DNA of 32,000 bases from Vibrio vulnificus CMCP6. Lineage in GTDB: Bacteria > Pseudomonadota > Gammaproteobacteria > Enterobacterales > Vibrionaceae. Location: contig NC_004459.3 in the NCBI RefSeq assembly GCF_000039765.1, positions 90,001-122,000 of the forward strand. The letters run 5' to 3'. The notes beneath the pieces were generated by a model, which saw nothing but the letters and a program-made list of their open reading frames with translations, had not been told where the DNA came from and made no database searches. Of the stretch, positions 13,245-20,907 are shown piece after piece. The stretch's first letter is position 1; the number at the start of each line of letters is the position of its first letter. The position numbers and the translations under genes were made by a program.

Positions 13245-14624
13245 TTACCCGTTGCTGATGGACGTTGCACTTTCACCTTTCGGCTGATTGTTTGGAGTGA
13301 TGCTGACTTTATGCGCCGGCTTATTGTCCTCGTCATCGATGTCGTGGTTTTCTGGGTATGGGTCTTTACTGTTTGCCTCATCCTCACGCATGGCTTCTGC
13401 ACGTTGAACATCGACGCCTGCAGCTTCCCAAGCCAATTTCCTCGGCATACCCAGCGCCTGATATTTAAGGGCCAAGTCTGCGCGTTGGTTTTTGCTGTCT
13501 GTCATTCGTTCAGCAAACTGGATCTGGAACTGGTACGAATCCGGATTGATGCCAGCTAACAGCAGTTGCAGTTTAAAACCATCTTCATAGGCATACGCCA
13601 GCGCATCTTGCAGGGCATCAATCTCTTCGTAGTAATCGCGTTTTAAATCTTCAAGAACGTCTCGAGCGAGATCGTCTACATAGCCAAACAATCCCTTAGG
13701 TGCAGGCGCTCCGGAAAAGAAGGCATCGATGAGCAATGTGATATCGGCAATCTGCTCTAGGTTGGCATCACCACCGATAGCCGTGACGCTCAGTTTGTTA
13801 CCGTAAAAGTCAGTGGCAATTTCTCCCGATTGTCCTTCCACTCGTTCACGGTATTCATCTAAAGCTTTGCTATCAGCCCCATCGAGCGAATGCGCTAGCT
13901 TTTGCGGTGCTCGAGTTCGCCGACGAATCACCAGATCCTCTTCTGTCATGATCAGCTTTTGCCAGATGGGCCTCGCGGCATCGAGATATGGGCGCCCCAT
14001 ACAACCCATATCATCAAAGTTATCTGGGTCTAATCGGCTTACGGTGAGCTGCCAGAGCGGAAAAGTACACAGCTCTTCGTAGGTCAGTGGGTCTACCTGA
14101 CGAAATGCTTGTTTGACGTCTTTGAAACGTCCGGTTCGGTCCACGATGGGAATAATCGTTTCGGTCGGCATACGTACCGAGCTCGTCACCTGACGCTGCT
14201 CGTTGACCACCCACTGCAGCGGTAAGTTGCCCTCTTTGGCCAAGCCTGCGGCATCACTCATCAGCTTCATGCGGTTGTTGAGCTGCAAGCGAAGCGTAAA
14301 CTGTTGCCAAAGTTTGCTGACACGGGTGCTTTCTTTGCCAATCCAATGCAGTTTCAAACCGCCTTTGGTGGCATCACGCGCAATGCGGCGATGAATCTTT
14401 TTCACCCGTGGATCAACCTTATCCATGTAACGCAGCATCACAATAGCGGCGCGTAGGTTCGGATCTATCTGCATTTGGTCGTAAAGGTATTGCACTGAAC
14501 GTTCAGGGTCTGCGATGTGGCCTTTCTCAGTCGTGACATGGCCATGCTGATTACCGGAGGTATTAGGCGCGGAAGGGAGAGGCTTGTTTCTCAATATGGC
14601 CCAAATTTGGGATAACTTGCTCAT
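13245..14624 (-). CDS. Portal protein
   Basis: 459 aa. It lies immediately downstream of the large terminase with an ATGA overlap. The C-terminus is acidic. The size and position are typical of a portal. The family was not identified by eye. Confidence 0.7.
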   Translation of the reverse strand: MSKLSQIWAILRNKPLPSAPNTSGNQHGHVTTEKGHIADPERSVQYLYDQMQIDPNLRAAIVMLRYMDKVDPRVKKIHRRIARDATKGGLKLHWIGKESTRVSKLWQQFTLRLQLNNRMKLMSDAAGLAKEGNLPLQWVVNEQRQVTSSVRMPTETIIPIVDRTGRFKDVKQAFRQVDPLTYEELCTFPLWQLTVSRLDPDNFDDMGCMGRPYLDAARPIWQKLIMTEEDLVIRRRTRAPQKLAHSLDGADSKALDEYRERVEGQSGEIATDFYGNKLSVTAIGGDANLEQIADITLLIDAFFSGAPAPKGLFGYVDDLARDVLEDLKRDYYEEIDALQDALAYAYEDGFKLQLLLAGINPDSYQFQIQFAERMTDSKNQRADLALKYQALGMPRKLAWEAAGVDVQRAEAMREDEANSKDPYPENHDIDDEDNKPAHKVSITPNNQPKGESATSISNG

Positions 14625-16249
14625 CGTAGGTTCCTTAACAAGTTGAATGCGCCTGGTGCGCCTAATAGTTGTTCTCGAGTTTTGTGGTTGATGGTGATGA
14701 TGCTCGGGACAGGTGCAGCCCCTTGGGTAACTAACGCCCAGTGGCTTGCCATGTGTGCATCAAATAGGTCATCGCCAATGGTTTTCTTCACCATTTGGTA
14801 GCTGCTGTAGCTGCCAGATTTAACTGGTGAGGGTTTTATGTTTTTTAACTGCCGTGGCAAGGCAACATAGTCTTCCAACTGTGGGTCTGATTCCCTGTCA
14901 TCGACATACGGCAACACCATTTGTCTGTTGTGGTATGCGCTGCGTAGTGATTGCGCCATTTGATGTTTGGCCATGCCTTCAAATCGTAGCGGCGAGAATG
15001 CCCACTCTGGCCAAGTGGATGCGGTGCTTTCGCCGCCGCCAATGGTTCTGCGGTCGATTTGCGTTAGCCCTTCAGCAAAAAGATCATCGTTAACCTGCGT
15101 GATAAGGCCAATTCCAAAGGCATCACCAATCGCGTAATCCGGCCGAAAGTAACGCCAGAACCCGACAAGGTCTTTGCGAATCACCCCTTCATCAGTTCCC
15201 GGGTGCCACGTTTTACAGAAGATCACGACAGACCAATTGCCCACCTGCTCTTCAATGACCAATGACGAACGCGAAGAGGCAAGGTTCTCACCGTGGCCTG
15301 TATGGTCATATCCCCAAGCGATAACACCACGCTTTTTGTACACCGCATAGGGATCAGGCTCGGCAGGTTCCAAACCAATTTTGGCGCCAACTTGAATGGC
15401 GTAACGAATGTACTTTTCCCAGATGAGGTTTTTCGCCGCCACGTTGATACACAGCAACTGACGAATGTATTCATCCTCAGGCAGCTGCTTACGCATGGAC
15501 ATAATGAACTCTTCATTCAAAATACCCAGCTCTATGCCGAGGTAACAATCAACGGTAGGTAAGCAGTGATACTCGCCAGAATCAATCAAGCCGCTTAACG
15601 TGTCGGCGCCTTTGAATACTCCGGTGATGCGAATTTGTGGTTTGTTTATCGCGGTTTTACTCGCGCCTAAACGACGACTTGAACCCATCATCAATAAGAA
15701 ACGGCCATAGAGACGATCGGCATCGAGGTCGTCCACTTCTTCCAATGACGCCCAAGTCAAATCGCCACCGTCGACGTTGGCCATGATGCCGTAAGCCCGT
15801 GCTTTGGAGCGGTTCGCAAACTCATAGTAGGTATCGGCCAACTGCTTGCGACCTGACTTGTAAGCGATGAAGCCACTCAAGATATCGGAACGACGAATGG
15901 CATCCAGGTGATAACCGAGGTTCACCAGTGACTGTGCTTCTCTGGGCGCGACGATACCGCCCTCTTGATCACCATTGATTGCGTTCCAGTTAAGAAAGTA
16001 CATCTCTTTTACGGCTGTTTTACCTGTCCGGCGGCAACTGAAATCAACCGTGTTCTGATGGATATCCATCTCTTCCATTTTGAGCAGCTGAACAGGGTCC
16101 AACTCGACATTGTGAACGTGTTTGTGCCACATGCCGTGGTTGTCTGCGTAACGCATGATCTCTTTTTGCGCTCGACTCTGAATTTCGACGCGCTCTTTCG
16201 CGCTAATACGGTCAGCCACGATCGACTTCTCCATCGATGTAGTCGCCAT
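14621..16249 (-). CDS. Terminase large subunit
   Basis: Walker A-like CRRTGKT and Walker B-like LTWASLEEVDD are present, followed by a C-terminal nuclease-type region. The start is ambiguous: the track gives 16321, and internal ATGs at 16249 and 16234 reduce the overlap with the upstream gene. Confidence 0.85.
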   Translation of the reverse strand: MATTSMEKSIVADRISAKERVEIQSRAQKEIMRYADNHGMWHKHVHNVELDPVQLLKMEEMDIHQNTVDFSCRRTGKTAVKEMYFLNWNAINGDQEGGIVAPREAQSLVNLGYHLDAIRRSDILSGFIAYKSGRKQLADTYYEFANRSKARAYGIMANVDGGDLTWASLEEVDDLDADRLYGRFLLMMGSSRRLGASKTAINKPQIRITGVFKGADTLSGLIDSGEYHCLPTVDCYLGIELGILNEEFIMSMRKQLPEDEYIRQLLCINVAAKNLIWEKYIRYAIQVGAKIGLEPAEPDPYAVYKKRGVIAWGYDHTGHGENLASSRSSLVIEEQVGNWSVVIFCKTWHPGTDEGVIRKDLVGFWRYFRPDYAIGDAFGIGLITQVNDDLFAEGLTQIDRRTIGGGESTASTWPEWAFSPLRFEGMAKHQMAQSLRSAYHNRQMVLPYVDDRESDPQLEDYVALPRQLKNIKPSPVKSGSYSSYQMVKKTIGDDLFDAHMASHWALVTQGAAPVPSIITINHKTREQLLGAPGAFNLLRNLR

Positions 16250-17177
16250 CTTCAGCGCCGTGTTCCTGGCTGTGCTCAATAAGGATGTCGTCATTACGGA
16301 TACGCTGACGAGAGCGCGCAATCATTTCTCGCAGGCCCGACATCTGCTCTTTCATCTGCTTCTGATATTCCAGTGCAGATTCACGTTCATCCTCTTGCTC
16401 CTGCATCCGGCCCAACTCCAAACCGTGGTCAGTTTGAATTTTCGGCGTCATGTTGAGATCGGACATCGAGAGATTGTTTTTGCTCAGCATCTCGAGCATA
16501 GGTTTTAGCAGTGGGTGTGCTTTGACCTCTTCAATGATTGTCTTTTCTCCACGGTCATTAGTGTACTGACCGATGTGAAAACCACCTTCTTTGTCGAAGT
16601 CATACACTGGATTACGCAAGGCAACGCCATCAGCAACAATGGTTTGCATCATGTCTTGGAAGATAGCCGCCATGTTTGCCTGATTGATGGCGTGTAGTTC
16701 GGTGAGCTTGCTCGGGTCGTTGGACTGAAACGCAATAAGGTGCTGCATCATCAGTTCTGTTCGTTTAATACATGCTGGCTGAGTCGCGCAATACGCTTGG
16801 TCGACATCACAAGTGGCACACTGCGGATACTTGCCAGGGCGAGCGGGGAAAAACAAGGCGGTTCTCGCCGTTGCTCCGTGCTTCAGGGCATTGAATCGGC
16901 TCAGTGCTCTGTCGCTCACAGCCTGAAGATTGGCTGATGATCGCGCCTTACCTTCCGCTGTTTTTGGGCCTGTCGCAGCTAATACCGCACAAAACTGACC
17001 AACTTCCCAAGGCACTTGCTGCACCTCTCGCTGACAGCCATCACACACCGCAAAGTATCGAAATGGGTGGGCGCGATTGGGCTCATCTTCAATGCGGGTT
17101 GGTTCGCTTTTGAAGGTGTATTCGCAGGTATTGCACTTGAATGTAACCATGGATTTAGGCTGATTATTCTGTTTCAT
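16212..17177 (-). CDS. Cys-rich hypothetical protein upstream of the large terminase (candidate small terminase or packaging accessory protein)
   Basis: 321 aa. The N-terminus has a zinc-ribbon-like CNTC...CDGC. A second cluster, CATC...C...C, follows. The C-terminus is an acidic coiled coil. The function is suggested by position only. Confidence 0.55.
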   Translation of the reverse strand: MKQNNQPKSMVTFKCNTCEYTFKSEPTRIEDEPNRAHPFRYFAVCDGCQREVQQVPWEVGQFCAVLAATGPKTAEGKARSSANLQAVSDRALSRFNALKHGATARTALFFPARPGKYPQCATCDVDQAYCATQPACIKRTELMMQHLIAFQSNDPSKLTELHAINQANMAAIFQDMMQTIVADGVALRNPVYDFDKEGGFHIGQYTNDRGEKTIIEEVKAHPLLKPMLEMLSKNNLSMSDLNMTPKIQTDHGLELGRMQEQEDERESALEYQKQMKEQMSGLREMIARSRQRIRNDDILIEHSQEHGAEDGDYIDGEVDRG

Positions 17178-17869
17178 AACGCCATTTCGCCCGATTTTGT
17201 TTCTTGAAAGGAGGGAGTCATTTCTGCTAGCAGCTTAGAAGCAAGGTTGATTCGGGTGAGAGAGGCAGATTGCCCAGTCCAGAGTAACAAGTGGTGCGAA
17301 ACTTTATCTTTTGGCATGCCTGCGGCCAAAAGGTTGAACATCAGCACACGCTTTAAATGCTTGTTCCAGAAATTAAAGCTCGGCACGTAAATGCGCAGGG
17401 TGCGGCGCCCAGGGTGATAAGCCGCTTGATAAAGCGTTTGCCAAATATACCGATACTGCTCGGTTGTCGTCGTGTAATAGACCTCGAACCAGGGCTTAGA
17501 TAGGCGTTGAGCATCTAGCCACAGTTCAAAGTCGTCATCAGACATTTCGAGGTGGTCACTACTCATACGCGCCACGTTGATTCTTAGTCGATGGCCAGTG
17601 CGCAGCGTTTCAAGGCCTCGCCAAAGCTCTAAAAACTTCAGCGCTCCGAGATGGCGTTGTATCTCTGCCCAATGCTCAGGCAATGCTAAGCATGCGAAGG
17701 CTTTTTCAAGCTCAGGCGCACTTAGTGAGAGTTCTAATTTGGTGCAGTTTTCTAGGTACCGTCCCCCCTCTGCAAGCAGGGGGATATCTCTATGCCGAGC
17801 CCCCACCCCTTGAGCGGTGACCTGGTGATCTTTGAGTACATCGAGATATTTTGAGATTGAGCTGCACAT
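17174..17869 (-). CDS. Hypothetical protein, first gene of the late block; possible Mor/C-like C-terminal HTH (speculative)
   Basis: 231 aa. The C-terminal ...RRTLRIYVPSFNFWNKHLKRVLMFNLLAAGMPKDKVSHHLLLWTGQSASLTRINLA loosely parallels Mu Mor (GGQVYIPRG...RDLRIWNDFNGRNVSEL...YGV..NTVY). The similarity is weak. Confidence 0.5.
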   Translation of the reverse strand: MCSSISKYLDVLKDHQVTAQGVGARHRDIPLLAEGGRYLENCTKLELSLSAPELEKAFACLALPEHWAEIQRHLGALKFLELWRGLETLRTGHRLRINVARMSSDHLEMSDDDFELWLDAQRLSKPWFEVYYTTTTEQYRYIWQTLYQAAYHPGRRTLRIYVPSFNFWNKHLKRVLMFNLLAAGMPKDKVSHHLLLWTGQSASLTRINLASKLLAEMTPSFQETKSGEMAL

Positions 17870-17937
17870 TCCCTAATCCTTCATGAAAACTGAATCCAGT
17901 AAACACAAAGGCTCGGGCACCACAGTAAACTGATGAA

Positions 17938-17979
17938 CTGCACAATCTGTCAGTATGTGCAGCTAGTGATATGTATCAC
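17938..17979. promoter_or_regulatory. Two adjacent palindromes in the 300-bp gap upstream of the late/packaging operon
   Basis: The first is ctgcaca (17938-17944) with tgtgcag (17956-17962). The second is gtgata-tg-tatcac (17966-17979). Confidence 0.3.
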
Positions 17980-18169
17980 ATTGATGGTTTTGGTCGTTTC
18001 GAAAGCGAGTTCTCAAAGCTCCCGCAATCATCCGCTAACATCCAGTATACCTGAGTTTAGAAAATAAGTTAAAGACAGGTTATATCAGTTCTAAGACGTT
18101 AAAGTGCAGTAAGGAAGTCTGTGTAGAGCTCTCAAAAATTCAGGGCTTGGAATACGTAAGGGGTTGGTT

Positions 18170-18412
18170 TTAGTCGAAGATAACTGATATCTCAGCTTCA
18201 TTGATAAACAGCCAGGTATGGCCATTGGCGGTGACATCAAGCCCCGCATAAGGATTGAACTGAATTCTCGCGCCTACTGCTACTTCCTTTACCTGATGGC
18301 CAACAGCGACTACCTCACCAGTGTTAGCTGGCTTATCTGGCGTCCACAACAAGCTTCTGGGGCGTTCATCTCGCTGAATTACTACCCAATCATGCAGTGG
18401 TCTTAATTTCAT
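18170..18412 (-). CDS. GroES/Cpn10-like co-chaperonin homologue (80 aa)
   Basis: MKLRPLHDWVVIQRDE...GEVVAVG...VGARIQFNPYAG...EAEISVIF aligns by eye with E. coli GroES (MNIRPLHDRVIVKRKE...GEVLAVG...VGDIVIFNDGYG...ESDILAIV). The mobile-loop region is shortened. Its start overlaps the integrase stop (ATGA). Confidence 0.7.
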   Translation of the reverse strand: MKLRPLHDWVVIQRDERPRSLLWTPDKPANTGEVVAVGHQVKEVAVGARIQFNPYAGLDVTANGHTWLFINEAEISVIFD

Positions 18413-19455
18413 AGGCGTTTCCCTTTTCTAAGCTCATTCAACAAGGCACTAACTGGCGTATCAATTTTCCCTAATGGGTTCCCTTTATCCAGTACGTTCG
18501 TCATCTTACGCATCGAGATATGCGTGTAAATCTCTGACGTTTTAGGGTCCGCATGCCCCATCAATGCTTGAATCTGCAGAGTGCTGGAATCCGACTCCGC
18601 TAACTCTGTACCAAACAAGTGACGTAGTGCATGAGCATGGGCTTGGTCTTCCGGAACTCCCGCGGCGATCGCATATTTCTTTATCATCCGGTCAACAGCT
18701 CTAGTTGATAAGCGCCGCAGTTCTCCACGGTGCTCCCATTCCGGAACGTGACGGTTACGAAGATTAACAAACAGTACCTGGTCACCATCATCAAGCAGAC
18801 GATCAACATGCTTAAGGTCGGGATGGCCAAGATAAGCCTGAACAAGCAGCATAGCTTCAAGGGGAACGGGTACCAATCTCTCACGCTCCCCTTTTTCCAT
18901 GGTGCGAATGGCCAGACGTTCAACCTCACCATACTGATACCAAATAAGCTGTGACTCATTCAAACCGCATAGGCCCGCTACACGAAAACCGCAGCCAATC
19001 AGCAAAGACAGCATCGCACTATCTCGAACACCAGAAAGCGATGTTAACTCAGGTTGGAACAACAACGCCTCTGCACTTTTGAGCCCCATAAATCGCGGTA
19101 ATCTGCGCCCAATTTTAGGGTAAACCAAATCCGATGCAGGGTTTTTAGCGACAAGGCGCCGCTTAGCAAGAAAAGAGTAAAAGCCTCGAATAGCCGCAAC
19201 GGCCACCTTTCGTGACGCAGCAGAATAGCCAGCTCGATGCAGCCAACCACCGGAAAACTGCTCCAAATCTTTCAGTTCAACCTTGTCAAATTGGCCATCA
19301 ACAAACTTCTTTAGCTGCTCAAGCAAGCCACGATATTTGCGCACCGTTTTAGCGCTGCAGTTCTCACTATCTCTCTTCCAGGTAAGAAACTGATCAATTG
19401 GATCAGTTGAAGCTTGGTTTGTTTTTATTTCTTGGTCGGGGGCAGAAAAATCCAT
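18409..19455 (-). CDS. int: Tyrosine recombinase / phage integrase
   Basis: 348 aa. An N-terminal SAM-like core-binding domain is present. The C-terminal catalytic motifs are ...GLRVAG..., HALRHLFGTELA and LMGHADPKTSEIYTHI (the R...HxxR...Y signature). Confidence 0.9.
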   Translation of the reverse strand: MDFSAPDQEIKTNQASTDPIDQFLTWKRDSENCSAKTVRKYRGLLEQLKKFVDGQFDKVELKDLEQFSGGWLHRAGYSAASRKVAVAAIRGFYSFLAKRRLVAKNPASDLVYPKIGRRLPRFMGLKSAEALLFQPELTSLSGVRDSAMLSLLIGCGFRVAGLCGLNESQLIWYQYGEVERLAIRTMEKGERERLVPVPLEAMLLVQAYLGHPDLKHVDRLLDDGDQVLFVNLRNRHVPEWEHRGELRRLSTRAVDRMIKKYAIAAGVPEDQAHAHALRHLFGTELAESDSSTLQIQALMGHADPKTSEIYTHISMRKMTNVLDKGNPLGKIDTPVSALLNELRKGKRL

Positions 19456-19533
19456 GGACCTCTGATCTCGTAGGGTGAGAACTCACTAAAGCCAGTATTC
19501 ATAAGGCTTCCGGTCATTTGGAGGGGCTTTAAA

Positions 19534-19762
19534 AACCCATGGAAAAACCTATGGGCTATCAAAAAACATATGGGACAAAAAATGAGCAGAAAAATTAACC
19601 TATGGAGACCAATTTGCGCACCTTTCTCTCTTCCTAGTTATCTATCTCTCTCTTTTTATTAAATAAAGAAAGAAAAGAAAGAAGAACAGCGCAAAAAGGA
19701 TCAATTCAGCGACCCATGGGAAATGAGAGCAAACCTATGGAAAAACAAAGCTAACTTATGGG
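19534..19762 (+). repeat. Seven same-orientation 10-bp repeats, AAC(C/A/T)(C/T)ATGG(G/A), arranged 4 + 3 around a pyrimidine-run/purine-run tract
   Basis: The copies start at 19534, 19546, 19565, 19597, 19711 (GACCCATGGG), 19732 and 19753. The last three are spaced 21 bp apart. The central tract at 19621-19687 switches from C/T-rich to A/G-rich. A larger unit, ATGGGA..AATGAG.AG...AACCTATGGA, occurs twice. Confidence 0.7.
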
Positions 19763-20094
19763 GGTAATTTTCTTACAAAGCCAGAGACAATAAGGGATGA
19801 GACAAAGAGCCCCATATATTCACAGGTTTTGACTAAGTATGCGTGACATGAGAATTGACAGCCCACACCCAAGCCGCCATCTTATTTTTCAAGCCACAGC
19901 CCCTATCTGCGCGCCCATATCTCTCTAGGGGGTGCGGGGGAAACAACAATAAAGGAATGAAGCGCCTGTCTAATGATGGGCGTTCTTTATATAGGGGTAG
20001 CGTTTATCAATAGATACCGAGACCTCATAAAGAACGCCCTCTTAGGGGTTTTCCAGCAAGGTAAGAATGCACACATCAACCTAAGGAGATGACT

Positions 20095-20658
20095 ATGTGC
20101 GACTTACTCAAGGCAAGAACCATTGATGAGATAATTCTCGAGATCATGGAAAAGGAAGGCTTCCGCTCAAATAACGAAGACGACTTAGGCGGCGACACAA
20201 CCTACGGAATTACAGAAGCGACAGCGCGCAGATTGGGCTATGAAGGTTCGATGGCAGACCTAACCCCTGATATCGCCAAAACGCTGTATTTACATGAGTA
20301 CGTGCTTAGAGTGCGCTTTGACCTGGTGCATGCAGTTAGCCAAATCATTGGTGAAGAACTCATTGATACAGGCGTAAACATGGGGCAAGGCATTGCTGCA
20401 AAGTTCCTTCAACGCTGGCTCAACGTCTACAACAACAAGCAGCAGTACTATAAAGATCTGCTGGTAGATGGGCACATAGGCCCAGCGACAATTACAGCAC
20501 TAAAGGCGTTCTTGGCCAAACGAGGCCAAGAGGGCGAAAAGGTACTTTGGAAGTCACTGAATGCAAGCCAAGGTGGGCGATATTTGGAGATTTCCGAAAG
20601 CCGAGAGAAGAACGAAACCTTTGTCTACGGCTGGATGAAAAATAGGGTTGGAATCTAA
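20095..20658 (+). CDS. Endolysin: GH108 muramidase domain plus PG_binding_3 domain
   Basis: ILEIMEKEGFRSNNEDDLGGDTTYGIT matches the GH108 N-terminal motif (EGGY..d..D.GG.T.yGIT). The C-terminal ...VDGHIGPATITALKAF... matches the peptidoglycan-binding motif. I prefer ATG 20095 (AAGGAG with a 6-nt spacer) over the track start at 20089. Confidence 0.8.
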   Translation: MCDLLKARTIDEIILEIMEKEGFRSNNEDDLGGDTTYGITEATARRLGYEGSMADLTPDIAKTLYLHEYVLRVRFDLVHAVSQIIGEELIDTGVNMGQGIAAKFLQRWLNVYNNKQQYYKDLLVDGHIGPATITALKAFLAKRGQEGEKVLWKSLNASQGGRYLEISESREKNETFVYGWMKNRVGI

Positions 20659-20810
20659 TTTTTGGGTTCCAAAACTCGTTTGTAACCTATTGATTTAATT
20701 GAGGCGAATTGTACCAAAATGAACGATAGGAATAGGCACAAAAAGAACGACATTTCTTTATATTCATACAGTTAGCCACTTTAACTAACCGTCATGGGGT
20801 GTCGGGGGTC

Positions 20811-20838
20811 GGAGGTTCAAATCCTCTCAGTCCGACCA
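20811..20838 (+). other. tRNA 3'-end fragment (T-arm, acceptor 3' strand, CCA); probable prophage attachment-site core at the right junction
   Basis: The T-arm is GGAGG-TTCAAAT-CCTCT (20811-20827). It is followed by CAGTCCG (acceptor 3' strand), A (discriminator) and CCA (20836-20838). No complementary 5' acceptor strand (CGGACTG) and no anticodon arm can be folded from the 100 nt upstream, so this is not a complete tRNA. Confidence 0.6.
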
Positions 20839-20844
20839 TACACC

Positions 20845-20875
20845 TAAAAAAAGAGAGCTTCGGCTCTCTTTTTTG
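20845..20875. terminator. Bidirectional intrinsic terminator
   Basis: The stem is aagagagc-ttcg-gctctctt (20851-20870), flanked by an A-run and a T-run. It lies downstream of both the tRNA fragment (plus strand) and the sensor kinase gene (minus strand). Confidence 0.8.
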
Positions 20876-20907
20876 CTATTTGGCGCTCGGCATTATCAAG
20901 GTGCTGT

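Larger units (their letters stand above)
1..20838. mobile_element. Integrated tailed prophage, right-hand ~20.8 kb; the left end is outside the window
   Basis: Continuous minus-strand operon with overlapping gene junctions (ATGA overlaps at 462-465, 14621-14624, 17174-17177, 18409-18412). It encodes terminase, portal, capsid, lysis and P2-type baseplate proteins. A tyrosine integrase, an endolysin and a tRNA 3' fragment lie at the right junction, followed by housekeeping genes. Confidence 0.85.

Noticed and set aside
19581-19661. Small ORFs in the int-lysin gap, for example the 26-aa MSRKINLWRPICAPFSLPSYLSLSFY
   Set aside because: It has no RBS. It overlaps the repeat array and the polypyrimidine tract, whose composition explains the open frame.
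20760-20838. Attempt to call a complete tRNA gene
   Set aside because: Only the T-arm, the acceptor 3' strand and CCA fold. No complementary 5' acceptor strand, D-arm or anticodon arm is present upstream. I therefore treat it as an attachment-site fragment.
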